From: an uncultured Verrucomicrobia subdivision 3 bacterium
GTDB lineage: Bacteria; Verrucomicrobiota; Verrucomicrobiia; Limisphaerales; UBA11358
Direction: 5' to 3'
DNA: 33,883 nucleotides
Assembly (NCBI GenBank): GCA_903861445.1
Contig: CAIOUK010000072.1
Location: 1-33,883 of the forward strand
Shown here: in pieces, positions 1-9,355 of the stretch
Layout: each line of letters begins with the position of its first letter
Numbering within the stretch: position 1 is the stretch's first letter
Translations under genes and position numbers: made by a program
Notes under the pieces: model-generated
What the model saw: only the letters and a program-made list of their open reading frames with translations
The model's database searches: none
What the model was told of the DNA's origin: nothing

Positions 1-165
1 GCGACCGGCAGTATCCACGAACTTCTGCTGGCCCGTGTAGAACGGGTGGCACACGTTGCAAATACCGACGATGATGGTCTGCTTGGTGGAACGCGTCTTG
101 ATCACGTTGCCGCAAGCGCAACGAATCTCGGCGTCCACATATTTCGGATGAATGTCCGTCTTCAT
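1..165 (-). CDS. rpmE: 50S ribosomal protein L31 (Zn-binding type), 3' part runs off the window
   Basis: Hand translation from ATG at 165: [55 protein letters not shown]. Contains the L31 motifs IHPxY, CxCG, CxxCHPFYTG and DTAGR. Not in the ORF track. Confidence 0.96.
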   Translation of the reverse strand, partial: MKTDIHPKYVDAEIRCACGNVIKTRSTKQTIIVGICNVCHPFYTGQQKFVDTAGR

Positions 166-266
166 AAAATTGGTCGGTCAAAGTATCAGGAAAAAGCCGG
201 ATGACAAGAGGGAATTTAGGGCGGACAGGGAAAGGCAATTAGGAAACTACCGCGTAACCGATTGGC

Positions 267-752
267 TTATAGCGGCGGCGAAGAATGCTGGTATAAAATT
301 TTAATCGGCATCGGCAGTGTCAGAGCAGATGAGAACTGGATATGCAACTCGCAAGGCACTCGGCCATCATTTTGGAACATGGAAACTGGAAACGATTGCC
401 GTTCAAGTAAACGAGGCAAGCTGCCAGCATAAAGCAGCGCGCCACTGTGAGGAACCACGGTGGTGAAGGCGCCGGGATTGGGCAATTCAATCACGCCACT
501 GCTGGAGGTATTGGTAAGCGTAACTACAACCATATTTTCATCTGGGAATTTCGGCGCAGGCAAAGCACAACAAAAAGTAATCGCATGGGCATCTCTAGGT
601 AAAGTTGTCCTGAACACAAAATTGGTTCGCGGAACACAGGGAATGATACCGATCTCCGTTTCACCCTCCGTAAACAGCAGCGCACAGCCGCTCAATATGG
701 CGACCGCGCTGGCAAGCAAGCAGGTTGCTGTGATACGAAAGTGAATGTGCAT
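267..752 (-). CDS. Hypothetical protein, putative lipoprotein
   Basis: ORF 267..788. The ATG at 752 avoids overlap with the upstream gene and gives MHIHFRITATCLLASAVAILSG-C, a signal peptide with an LSGC lipobox. No recognisable family. Confidence 0.55.
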   Translation of the reverse strand: MHIHFRITATCLLASAVAILSGCALLFTEGETEIGIIPCVPRTNFVFRTTLPRDAHAITFCCALPAPKFPDENMVVVTLTNTSSSGVIELPNPGAFTTVVPHSGALLYAGSLPRLLERQSFPVSMFQNDGRVPCELHIQFSSALTLPMPIKILYQHSSPPL

Positions 753-774
753 ACGGTGAAGGTTGGGCTCCGAA

Positions 775-1953
775 TTAAACGCCGCCAATCCACTTGCGGT
801 CTTCCCAAACCGCTTTGAGCGAAGTCAGGTTGCGCGAATCAAAAATATTTTTCGCCGCCGCCGCGATTTTTCCGCGCTTCAAATTATTGTAGGCGTCGCT
901 GGCGCTGATGGCCACGAATTGCAGCACGCTCGGGTCGCGGTAGCAGTCAATCATGCACTTGGTGCAGCCGTCGCGGATGAGCTTGGAGTTGTCCCAGTCC
1001 CAGACCTTGCACATCGGCTCGTGCCACGCGTGGCAGCGGAACAGGTCGAGGTTCCAGTCGAGGTAGAAATATTTGTGGCCGCCGAGGCAGCCAAATTTTT
1101 CCTGCTCGCCGCGCAGATGCCGCTGCATTTCGTCGAGCGACTCGCGCGGGTTGACCACGGGAAAACCGCTGTTCTTTTTCATCCGCTTGATGTTGTCGAA
1201 CAGCGCGATGAGTTCTTCCTTGTTGAAATTCACCAGCCCGCTGTCGCTAAAACTCAAATAGCTGCTCGCTAGCGAGGTGAGCGGATAGCTGAAGGTGCAG
1301 CTCTTGAAGCCGAGCGTCTCCAGAAATTCCGGCAGCTTCTCGTAGTCGTCAATCAACCGGCTGGCCGTGATGCTCGCCGTGGTCTGGATGCCGGCGGACT
1401 GGAAAAATTCGTTCGCCTTCTTGATTTTTTTGCAGACGTCCGGCAGGCCGCGATTTTTTTCGTGTTTCGCCACGTCATGCGCGTCGATGGACATGATGAC
1501 GCTGGTCAGCCCGTCGCTCGCGAGGTCGCGCATGTTCTGTTCGTTCCACAGGCCGCCGTTCGTGCAAATCATCGGGTGGATGCCGCGTTCCGCCGCGTAG
1601 CGCGTCATCGCGCGGAGGTCGCGATGCACCATCGGCTCGCCGCCGACAAAGAGCAGATAGCCGATGTGATTTTTCAGCGCGATATCAATGACGCGCTTCG
1701 CCTCATCGAGCGTCACACTGCGCCGCGCCTTGGGATCGAATTGCGAACGTGCAAAACCACAGAAGTCGCAATCGGCATTGCAGATATTCGTGATGGCGAA
1801 TTGCAGGTAGCCGGGGCCGCCGTGGCGGAGCACTTCCTTGAACAGGTTCAGCGCGCCCTTTTTCGGGCGGACGACGGGTTTGGAGAAATCAGCTTGAGCG
1901 GAAGCGGGAGTTTCCGTTGTGGCGGGCGGATTGGCGTTGATGACATCGCTCAT
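775..1953 (-). CDS. Radical SAM protein (MoaA/PqqE-like) with C-terminal Cys-rich twitch/SPASM-like region
   Basis: CNADCDFC (CxxxCxxC), GGEP and TNG motifs; C-terminal CLGG...C...C...CTKCMIDC. Start is 1953 (MSDVI) or 1974. Confidence 0.88.
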   Translation of the reverse strand: MSDVINANPPATTETPASAQADFSKPVVRPKKGALNLFKEVLRHGGPGYLQFAITNICNADCDFCGFARSQFDPKARRSVTLDEAKRVIDIALKNHIGYLLFVGGEPMVHRDLRAMTRYAAERGIHPMICTNGGLWNEQNMRDLASDGLTSVIMSIDAHDVAKHEKNRGLPDVCKKIKKANEFFQSAGIQTTASITASRLIDDYEKLPEFLETLGFKSCTFSYPLTSLASSYLSFSDSGLVNFNKEELIALFDNIKRMKKNSGFPVVNPRESLDEMQRHLRGEQEKFGCLGGHKYFYLDWNLDLFRCHAWHEPMCKVWDWDNSKLIRDGCTKCMIDCYRDPSVLQFVAISASDAYNNLKRGKIAAAAKNIFDSRNLTSLKAVWEDRKWIGGV

Positions 1954-2036
1954 TATCAAGGATAATTTTGTCATCAGGTAAAGCTGCGGGCAAATCTTCT
2001 TTCGCCGAGAGCGTCGAGTTAGATTGTATTTTCGCT

Positions 2037-2065
2037 TTGCTTGGCGGGCGTAAAAAGTTTAGTTT
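2037..2065 (+). promoter_or_regulatory. Putative sigma70 promoter of tRNA-Gln
   Basis: TTGCTT-N17-TAGTTT, ending 9 nt before the tRNA. Confidence 0.45.
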
Positions 2066-2074
2066 CAGTGCGCT

Positions 2075-2148
2075 TGTCTGATGGTGTAATGGTAGCACAG
2101 AGCCCTTTGGAGGCTTTAGTCATGGTTCGAATCCATGTCAGACAACCA
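2075..2148 (+). tRNA. tRNA-Gln (anticodon TTG)
   Basis: Acceptor stem TGTCTGA/TCAGACA, D-arm GGTGTAATGGTAGCAC, anticodon arm GAGCC-CTTTGGA-GGCTT, T-loop GTTCGAATC, encoded CCA. Confidence 0.96.
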
Positions 2149-2234
2149 CTTCTTCGATTGCTATTCTAACCAATATTTACGTCGTTTTTATGCGCGGTTG
2201 AGTTTTTATCATCAAACGTTCCCGCCAGTCCTGT

Positions 2235-3314
2235 TCAAACTTTGGCATCCGGCGTCGGCACGGGACCGATTGTGCCGCCGCTGACAAATTCTGCCGGCAC
2301 GAAGGTTTGCTTCACATCCGGGCGGCCTCGGCTCACGGTCGCCGCCCAGCGGATGATGCGGGGGACCACCTTGCTATAATCCCACCGATAATGAGAAACC
2401 TCCGTCATACACCAGTTGAATTGGGAGAGGATTTCCGTGCTTACTAGTGAAACCTGCTGCGGCACCTGAAGACCCTGCTCGGCTAAAAACTGCTGCGTCG
2501 CAATGAAGAGGTTGGGTTCGTCAATGATCAAAGCCGTGGGCGGCGTGACGCGGAACAGTGAATTCAGGAGCCGGCGCAGGCCTTTTGGAGTTTCTTCCCA
2601 GTCCGGCAGATTGTAATCACCCACCGGAATGCCGAGCGCTGCGAGTTCATCCAGAAAAGCGCGTTCGGGTGGGCCGGGATACGGCACCCGCCGCTCCCGG
2701 TGGTTCAGCATCACGATGCGACGATGGCCGAGGCGGGCCAGATGGCGGACGGTGGCGGCAATCGCTCCCCGGTAATCCGGTCCGATGGCAGCGACGGGCA
2801 GATCCTGCCGGCGACCGAACAGGGCGAAGACGGGCAACGGCTGCGTGCTGAACCATTCCAGCACTTCCCGCGAGCCAGCCATGACCACCCAGGCATCAGC
2901 GGTGGTTTTTTTGACGAACCGTCGGACGCGGGCCACGTCCATTTTGAGTTCCATCAGGCTTTTTGTGGTGGTGACAAATGTGTGGCCTGCATTGGTCAGC
3001 GCGTCAGGGAGTTTGATGATGTATTCCCGCTGGCTGTCGGTGCTTTCGTAGAGCAGCATGGCGATCCGCATGGAACGGGATATATTTTTGTCGGGTGCGA
3101 GAATCAGCCGTTTGCGGCGTGGTCCTTGCCTCGCCAGCAACCTTTCCCGCTCGAGCAGTCTTAATGCGGCATCCATGGTCTTGCGGTTCACCCCGAGTTC
3201 CACGGCCAACTTGTCCACCCCGGGCATCGTCCCGCTCCACCGCCCCCGGAGCAGATCAGTGCGCAGGTGGACGGCAACCTGCTCGGCGACCGAAAGAAGT
3301 TTTAAGACTGGCAC
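2235..3314 (-). CDS. Transcriptional regulator: GntR-like winged HTH fused to LacI-type periplasmic-binding-protein sensor domain
   Basis: N-terminal AEQVAVHLR...MPGVDKLAVELGVNRKTMDAALRLLEREG-like HTH; C-terminal HLARLGHRRI...PPTALI...GLQVPQQVSLV is a LacI-type sensor. Confidence 0.88.
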   Translation of the reverse strand: MPVLKLLSVAEQVAVHLRTDLLRGRWSGTMPGVDKLAVELGVNRKTMDAALRLLERERLLARQGPRRKRLILAPDKNISRSMRIAMLLYESTDSQREYIIKLPDALTNAGHTFVTTTKSLMELKMDVARVRRFVKKTTADAWVVMAGSREVLEWFSTQPLPVFALFGRRQDLPVAAIGPDYRGAIAATVRHLARLGHRRIVMLNHRERRVPYPGPPERAFLDELAALGIPVGDYNLPDWEETPKGLRRLLNSLFRVTPPTALIIDEPNLFIATQQFLAEQGLQVPQQVSLVSTEILSQFNWCMTEVSHYRWDYSKVVPRIIRWAATVSRGRPDVKQTFVPAEFVSGGTIGPVPTPDAKV

Positions 3315-3320
3315 ATCAGC

Positions 3321-3351
3321 ATACTACCCCCAAAAAGGGGGCAGTCGTCAA
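3321..3351 (-). promoter_or_regulatory. Possible promoter of the regulator with inverted repeat in the spacer
   Basis: Minus strand reads TTGACG-N19-TAGTAT, then 6 nt to the GTG start. The spacer contains CCCCC-TTTTT-GGGGG. Confidence 0.35.
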
Positions 3352-3502
3352 TGCGGAAATAAATCATCCAGTGGACGGTGGCGTGATGAGTGAAATTGGC
3401 CGGCAAGGCACCCAGCGACGAAAGGTTCGATGATGGCATTCGTATCATCGCCAGTTTTCAAACCGCCAAGTAAGCCCAAAAATCAACCGGCACGATTACA
3501 GG

Positions 3503-3578
3503 TGGTGCCCCCATCCCGAATTGAACGGGAATAACACGTTTAGGAAACGCGGGCTCTATCCATTTGAGCTATGGGGGC
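3503..3578 (-). tRNA. tRNA-Arg (anticodon CCT)
   Basis: Reverse complement GCCCCCATAGCTCAAATGGATAGAGCCCGCGTTTCCTAAACGTGTTATTCCCGTTCAATTCGGGATGGGGGCACCA folds as a cloverleaf with anticodon loop TTCCTAA and a CCA end. Confidence 0.95.
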
Positions 3579-3873
3579 AACGGAAATCGCTTCATCCTAA
3601 AAATCAAAAATTGCGGGGCTTCGATTAAAAACAAAGAACCGCCCGAATTTACAACAGTTGACCCAAGCATTAAACCTTTTTTAGCAATCGGCCAGCGATG
3701 GCTGAAACGAACTTGGTTGGAGGTGAGTTCGTCCCCAAAATGCTCGCCGGGTGAGGTATAATCGCACAGCTCAAGGAATGCCGTGAAAGTTTCTGTTCTT
3801 TAGCTCATGTTTCAATGGGCGGATTTCGGGGTGAAGGGCGGAAATTTAAATCACCGTTGCGATCAGCCAATGG

Positions 3874-3901
3874 TGTAACCTCAACAGGTGTGCCGGACGT
3901 C
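3874..3901 (+). promoter_or_regulatory. Putative ECF-sigma-type promoter, copy 1
   Basis: TGTAAC-N18-CGTC upstream of the first cluster gene; matches the copies at 6036 and 10710. Confidence 0.45.
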
Positions 3902-3976
3902 TTCGTAAGGATAATCAACAGAAAGCCACGGTCGAGGTGTCACCGCCTCTAATTAAAAGCGAAACATTAAACCGAT

Positions 3977-6016
3977 TTGAACCATAATCATAACAGGATG
4001 CACAAAAACAATTTTTTTAAGATTGTTGTTGGAATAATGATGTGGGCCGCGGCACTCATGTATGCCGGCCAGCTAAATGCCGCCGAGCGCAGGCCCAACT
4101 TCCTGTTCATCTATGCGGACGACCAGCGTTGGGACGCGCTGGGTGTGGTTCAGCGCGAGCAAGGCGAGGCCGGCCGTTTTCCCTGGCTCAAGACGCCCAA
4201 CATGGATCGCCTTGCCGCCGAGGGGGTGCGTTTCCGCAACGCTTTCGCCACCTGCTCGCTTTGTGCTCCGAGCCGCGCGGCGTTTCTTACCGGCCAATAC
4301 AATCATCTCAACGGCATCATCAATAATCACACGGAGTTTCCCACCAACTCGGTCACCTATGCCACGTTGCTCCAAGCTGCCGGCTACCAGACCGCCTACA
4401 TCGGCAAGTGGCACATGGGCCGGCAGCGCGGCCAGCGTCCGGGCTTCGACTATTCCGCCAGCTATATAGCTTATGGTCGCTACAACGATTGCCCGTTTGA
4501 AATCAACGGCGTGTCCACGCCTACCACGGGCTGGGTTGACGATGTCTGCACGGACTTTGCAATCAAATGGATGAAAGAAAACCGTGACCGTTCGTTTGCG
4601 ATCGCCATTGGTTTCAAAAGTCCACACAGTCCGCGCGGCGGCACGAATCTTCCCGTGCGCTTGCGCAATCTCTACGCCGGCGAAACGAGTCGCCCAGCGC
4701 CGAACAGGAATGCCTACGCGATCTTCCACGCGCCGGATCCGGTCACCCTTAATCAGTCGTCGGGAATGTCCGCCAACGCCGTGCATCTCGACTATCTTCG
4801 CCATGTGAACGGCGCTGACGAAAATTTAGGTCGGTTACTCGACACCTTGGCCGAACTCGGTTTGGCTGATGACACGGTGGTGGTCTATACCAGCGACAAC
4901 GGCTACTACCTCGGCGAACATGGCCTTGGCGACAAGCGTTCGGTGTATGAGGAGTCGCTGCGCATTCCGATGTTAGTCCGTTACCCGCGGCTCTTCGGCC
5001 AGAGTAAGGTTGTGGATGATATGGTTCTCAACATTGACCTCGCGCCGACTTTTCTCGATCTGGCTGGTGTGCCGGTGCCGCCGGCAATGCAGGGGGCGAG
5101 TTGGAAAACACTCGCCGCCGGCCAGCAACCGGCGAACTGGCGCCAGTCCTTCTTCGCTGAATATTTTTACGAACGAGGCGGTGGCGACACACCCACCTTG
5201 GTCGCCGTTCGCACCACCAACGCGAAAATTGTGAAGTATCCCGGCCACGCCAAATGGACGGAAGTTTTTGACTTGGTCGCAGATCCCTATGAGTTAAAAA
5301 ATCTCGCCGGCAATACCGCTCTGACAGCGAAGCTCAACGCGGAACTGGAGGCGCAGAAGAAAGCCGTGGGCTATAAAGTGCCGGCGAGCACGGACAAGCC
5401 GCAACCGTCTGGCGAACCTTCGCTCGTGCCGATTACAGATGTGCCGGGTTTGCCGCGCGTGTTGCTCATCGGCGACAGCATTTCGATGGGCTATACTTTG
5501 CCGGTGCGCGAATTGCTCAAAGGCCAGGCAAACGTGCATCGGATTCTGACGAACGGCGGCTCGACCAAGGATGGTGTGACCAACCTCAACGACTGGCTGG
5601 GCAACAGCAAATGGGATGTCATCCATTTCAACTGGGGTTTGCATGACCTAAAGCACATGAAGGATGGCAAACTGGATTTGGCCGGACCGCAGGTTTCCAC
5701 GCTCGCTGAATACGAGGCCAATCTGCGCGTGCTCGTCAAACAGTTGCAGGCCACCGGCGCAAAACTGATTTGGGCTACGACCACGCCCGTGCCGGAAGGT
5801 TCGGATGGCCGCGCGGCGCGCGCTGAATTAAAATACAATGAGGTGGCCAATCGGGTCATGAAAGATTTGGGAGTTTCGACAGACGATCTCCACGCACTGT
5901 GCTTGCCGAGGCTGGCCGCATGGCAGTTGCCGAAGAACGTTCACTACCAACCCGAAGGCTACGCGGGAATGGCGGTTCAGGTTGCCACCGAAATCAAAGC
6001 CGCGCTGCCAAAATAA
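3977..6016 (+). CDS. Secreted Cys-type (S1) sulfatase fused to a C-terminal SGNH/GDSL hydrolase domain
   Basis: Signal peptide; RPNFLFIYADD, CAPSRAAFLTG (CxPxR), GKWH, SDNG, DKRSVYEESLRIP. After a linker: LPRVLLIGDSIS...HFNWGLHD...NVHY. Start may be 3998 or later. Confidence 0.92.
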   Translation: MNHNHNRMHKNNFFKIVVGIMMWAAALMYAGQLNAAERRPNFLFIYADDQRWDALGVVQREQGEAGRFPWLKTPNMDRLAAEGVRFRNAFATCSLCAPSRAAFLTGQYNHLNGIINNHTEFPTNSVTYATLLQAAGYQTAYIGKWHMGRQRGQRPGFDYSASYIAYGRYNDCPFEINGVSTPTTGWVDDVCTDFAIKWMKENRDRSFAIAIGFKSPHSPRGGTNLPVRLRNLYAGETSRPAPNRNAYAIFHAPDPVTLNQSSGMSANAVHLDYLRHVNGADENLGRLLDTLAELGLADDTVVVYTSDNGYYLGEHGLGDKRSVYEESLRIPMLVRYPRLFGQSKVVDDMVLNIDLAPTFLDLAGVPVPPAMQGASWKTLAAGQQPANWRQSFFAEYFYERGGGDTPTLVAVRTTNAKIVKYPGHAKWTEVFDLVADPYELKNLAGNTALTAKLNAELEAQKKAVGYKVPASTDKPQPSGEPSLVPITDVPGLPRVLLIGDSISMGYTLPVRELLKGQANVHRILTNGGSTKDGVTNLNDWLGNSKWDVIHFNWGLHDLKHMKDGKLDLAGPQVSTLAEYEANLRVLVKQLQATGAKLIWATTTPVPEGSDGRAARAELKYNEVANRVMKDLGVSTDDLHALCLPRLAAWQLPKNVHYQPEGYAGMAVQVATEIKAALPK

Positions 6017-6035
6017 ATTTGCCCAAGCACAATTT

Positions 6036-6061
6036 TGTAACAAAAATGTTTCTCCAACGTC
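6036..6061 (+). promoter_or_regulatory. Putative ECF-sigma-type promoter, copy 2
   Basis: TGTAAC-N16-CGTC, 33 nt before ATG 6095; the TGTAAC lies within the palindrome TTTTGT-A-ACAAAA. Confidence 0.55.
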
Positions 6062-6094
6062 CATCCATGAGCATCGCTACCTAAAAACAGTCCC

Positions 6095-8044
6095 ATGAAA
6101 TTAAACATCCGCAGCGGAATTAAAACATTTTCAATCATCATCTGCCTGTTGGCGGCGTTCATCCTTGGCCTGTCGCCTGCCGGGGCAGCCATAAAACGCC
6201 CAGTGCCGGCGGCGGTGTCGCTCAACCAAACCGGCATTAAACTGGAAGCCAAATACGCCGGTATGCTCAAGGCCTTGCAGGAGCAAATCCTCACGTCCCT
6301 GCCGAAAATCAACGAACCGCAGAAGGCTGCCTTCCTCAAGGCTTATCAAGCCGAAGCGGCGGCGGCGGCGGGCGAACGGAAGGCTGTGTTGGGTGGAGCC
6401 CATGCCAAAGATAAAGCGGCTACGGAAAAGGCGCATCAGGCGGCTCAAGCCGCTCAAGTAGTTCTCGATCAGGCGACGAAAAATGCGCAGGCACCGGCCA
6501 CGGCCGTGCTGATGAACTTGGAGAAGTTTCTGCAAAGCGACAAACTGGACGCGAAGCTGGTGAAATACAATGTCCTCGCCCAAGCTACGCCACGCGGTCT
6601 GGCCGAGTTTGCCCAACAGGGAAAAGAACAGGAAGCCCTCGTGGATCAGCTCCTGGCCGACGATGGCCTGATGAAGCAGATGCTCGTCGCCGACGGTGCC
6701 GCCGCTGGCCGGTATGGTCAGGCCATGAAGATTTACGCCGATATTCAGAAGGCGAGCCCGCGGGCCAAGGATGGCATCCTCCAGCGCCTGGCGCTCGGCA
6801 CGAGCTTGGAGCATGCGCTGCCGGTGGAGCAACGCAACGCCGATGATCAGCGGAATGCTCCGACCATCGTGGATCCGGTGAAACGATACCTGCATTTCGA
6901 GAAGGCGTTTCTGGCTGGCGAGTTGGATCCCGGTTTCAAGGATTTGTCCGTTTGGGACTGCCGCTTCGTCGGCAACGGCGATGAACCGAATGAGGAATTG
7001 GCTTGGGGGCGCGAGATGCTCCGCAACTACCGGCCTGACCAAATCGCCACTCCGGACACTCGCTGGCGTTATGTGGAAAGTGTTAAAACGGAAGTCAAAT
7101 ACGGGTCGCAGGATCAAAAAAATGATTCTCCCGCGCTTGGGTTCTACCAGAACATCATCAATACCGGCGGCGTTTGTGGTCGGCGCGCGTTCTTTGGACG
7201 TTTCATCCTGCGCTGCTTCGGCGTTCCGACGCTGGCTCGTCCCCAACCTGGTCATGCCACCTTGGTTCACTGGACGCCGGCTGGTTGGGTGATCAACCTC
7301 GGTGCGGGCTGGGGGTGGGGCACAATCGAAGGCAATGCCGACACTGATTTTCTGGCGATGACGCAGGCCAGAAAGATTGAGGCGGCTTATCCAGAAGTGC
7401 AGCGCGCCCAGTGGGCGGGCACGGCCGTTGGCGAAACCAAAGCAGCTGGTTTCTGTGCGCCGGTGACTGGCTTTTGGAACGGCGTGGCGCTTTACCAACA
7501 GCAGGCGATTATCGAGAAGGCCAAGGCGGTGGCGCTGGCCGCCGTTGGCACGGACATCGGCGAGGCGAATGAATCCAAGGAGAAGGAAGTCGTCAAAGCC
7601 GTGACCGTGACTGAGGCCGACAGGAAGATTGTCGTTGATCAAAATGGCGTGATTACGATTCCCGCCGTGGCCTGCAGCAAGCCGCTGAACAGCACGGTGA
7701 GAATCCGTTTCATGAAGAGTGATCTGGGCGGGATGCAATTGCATTACACCCGGCTCGGGAAAGCGGCTGAGTCGTTCGAATACACTTTCGACGCACCCGC
7801 CGCCGGCAAATATACGCTCAACGCGCGCGTGGTGACCGTGAGTCCCGACCAGCATCTCCTCGTCGCGGCCAACGATGCAAAGGAAACCGTGGATCTCGCC
7901 GCGCCTTATACCATCGGCATGTGGCAGGAAACCAAGCCGGTGGAGATGGCGCTCGTCAAGGGCAAGAACGTGCTGCGCTTCACGCGGCCCGAGCCGGTCA
8001 AGGGCATGACCATAAAAGAATTCACGTTGACGCCGGTAAAGTAA
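6095..8044 (+). CDS. Secreted uncharacterised protein: helical N-terminus, transglutaminase-like core, C-terminal CBM6/35-like domain (paralog 1)
   Basis: Signal peptide; GGVCGRRAFFGRFILRCFGVP...GHA...GWVINLG; C-terminal FEYTFDAPAAGKYTL...YTIGMW...LVKGKNVLRF. Clear paralog of 10781..12931. Confidence 0.75.
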   Translation: MKLNIRSGIKTFSIIICLLAAFILGLSPAGAAIKRPVPAAVSLNQTGIKLEAKYAGMLKALQEQILTSLPKINEPQKAAFLKAYQAEAAAAAGERKAVLGGAHAKDKAATEKAHQAAQAAQVVLDQATKNAQAPATAVLMNLEKFLQSDKLDAKLVKYNVLAQATPRGLAEFAQQGKEQEALVDQLLADDGLMKQMLVADGAAAGRYGQAMKIYADIQKASPRAKDGILQRLALGTSLEHALPVEQRNADDQRNAPTIVDPVKRYLHFEKAFLAGELDPGFKDLSVWDCRFVGNGDEPNEELAWGREMLRNYRPDQIATPDTRWRYVESVKTEVKYGSQDQKNDSPALGFYQNIINTGGVCGRRAFFGRFILRCFGVPTLARPQPGHATLVHWTPAGWVINLGAGWGWGTIEGNADTDFLAMTQARKIEAAYPEVQRAQWAGTAVGETKAAGFCAPVTGFWNGVALYQQQAIIEKAKAVALAAVGTDIGEANESKEKEVVKAVTVTEADRKIVVDQNGVITIPAVACSKPLNSTVRIRFMKSDLGGMQLHYTRLGKAAESFEYTFDAPAAGKYTLNARVVTVSPDQHLLVAANDAKETVDLAAPYTIGMWQETKPVEMALVKGKNVLRFTRPEPVKGMTIKEFTLTPVK

Positions 8045-8144
8045 TCGAATAAACCAATCAAACAACCCAGAACCATGGCCTCGAATCGAAATGCACAATG
8101 CATTATCAAGACGAGACCATAAACATAAAAAAGGAATCCAAGTT

Positions 8145-9257
8145 ATGATGAAGAAGTCCGTGTTTGCCGCGACCACTTTGTTGGCGGCAACGCTCATGAG
8201 CACTACTGGAGTATCGGCAGCTGATACTAGTTCGAAATATAATTTGCCCAAGCCGGACGGCAAGCCGGCGGACATGAGCAAGCCGGTGAAGGTATTTTTG
8301 ATCATGGGTCAATCCAACGCATTTGGCATGGGGCATCCTGCTGGTGACAAGGAGGGAACCCTGGAGCATGCGGTCAAGAAAGAAGGACTTTACTCGTTCC
8401 TGGTGGATGATTCCGGCAAGTGGACGGTGAGAAATGATGTGCGGAATGTGCAAATCGCGAATGGCAAAGGCGGGGGAGTGGGTATCCCGCACAACGAATG
8501 GATGACGGTCGGCAGCGGCAAAGGTGGTGCTCCCGCCGGCACCATGGGTGTGGAATTTGGTGTCGGTCACCAGCTTGGCAACGCCCTCGAAGATCCCGTC
8601 ATGATTCTCAAGACTTGCATTGGCAACCGCGCCCTCGGCTGGGATCTGCTGCCGCCAGGCAGTAAAGGCTATGATTTTACCAGCAAGGATAAGGCGGGCA
8701 ATGCAGTGACCTACACTTACGCTGGTTATGGTGAATCTCCAATGAAATGGGTGAAAGGCACCACGCCGGTGAAAATTGGCTGGCATGCCGGCTTGCAGTA
8801 TGACCTGGACGTCGCCAACGCCAAAAAAGTGTTGTCCGAGCTGGACAAGTATTATCCGGGAGCGAAAGGTTATGAAGTTGCCGGCGTTTTCTGGTGGCAG
8901 GGTGAAAAAGACTGTGGTGATGCGGGGCTTTCTACTCACTATGAAGAGAACCTCGTTAACTTGATCAAGGCGCTCCGCAAGGAATTCAATGCTCCTGACA
9001 TGAAATTTGTGATGGGCACGCTCGGCGAAGCTACGAAGGGCATCAGCGGCAATGAAGGACTGGTGCTGAATGCCATGATGGCGGTTGACGGCAAGAGCGG
9101 CAAGCATCCCGAGTTCCAGGGCAATGTGGCCACCGTTTACACCCATGACATGGCGCGTGGTGGTGGTGGCAATGGCCATTACAATCACGATTGCCGGGTC
9201 TACATGGATGTTGGTCTTTCTATGGGCGAAGCGATGGTTGAGCTGTTGAAGAAGTAA
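8145..9257 (+). CDS. Secreted SASA/CE6-like carbohydrate O-acetylesterase
   Basis: Signal peptide MMKKSVFAATTLLAA... after an AAGGA RBS; KVFLIMGQSN, GVEFGVG, FWWQGEKD, HY motifs. The ORF track start at 8091 is probably too long. Confidence 0.82.
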   Translation: MMKKSVFAATTLLAATLMSTTGVSAADTSSKYNLPKPDGKPADMSKPVKVFLIMGQSNAFGMGHPAGDKEGTLEHAVKKEGLYSFLVDDSGKWTVRNDVRNVQIANGKGGGVGIPHNEWMTVGSGKGGAPAGTMGVEFGVGHQLGNALEDPVMILKTCIGNRALGWDLLPPGSKGYDFTSKDKAGNAVTYTYAGYGESPMKWVKGTTPVKIGWHAGLQYDLDVANAKKVLSELDKYYPGAKGYEVAGVFWWQGEKDCGDAGLSTHYEENLVNLIKALRKEFNAPDMKFVMGTLGEATKGISGNEGLVLNAMMAVDGKSGKHPEFQGNVATVYTHDMARGGGGNGHYNHDCRVYMDVGLSMGEAMVELLKK

Positions 9258-9274
9258 TCAAAAATAATATAACA

Positions 9275-9313
9275 AGGGCAGCAGTTGTTTGAACGACTGC
9301 TGCCCTGTTCTTT
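9275..9313 (+). terminator. Probable intrinsic terminator or mRNA-stabilising hairpin
   Basis: AGGGCAGCAGTTGTT-TG-AACGACTGCTGCCCT inverted repeat (one G.U pair) followed by GTTCTTT, 17 nt after the stop codon. Confidence 0.75.
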
Positions 9314-9355
9314 ATGTCTGGCTGTAGTTTTGAAGACGGGTTGGTCTGCTGAATT

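Noticed and set aside
775-1974. Radical SAM protein as the anaerobic sulfatase maturase for the nearby sulfatase
   Set aside because: It lacks the full SPASM cysteine pattern of anSME, is separated by two tRNAs, and is not in the same operon.
3564-3870. 65-aa ORF or structured RNA in the gap between tRNA-Arg and the sulfatase
   Set aside because: The ORF overlaps the tRNA and has no motifs; no convincing riboswitch or ncRNA structure was recognised.
6131-8305. 724-aa minus-strand ORF, and similar long antisense ORFs at 8106..9188, 10612..11568, 14100..15200, 27379..28467 and 30278..31999
   Set aside because: Antisense shadows of well-supported plus-strand genes in GC-rich DNA; no recognisable motifs.
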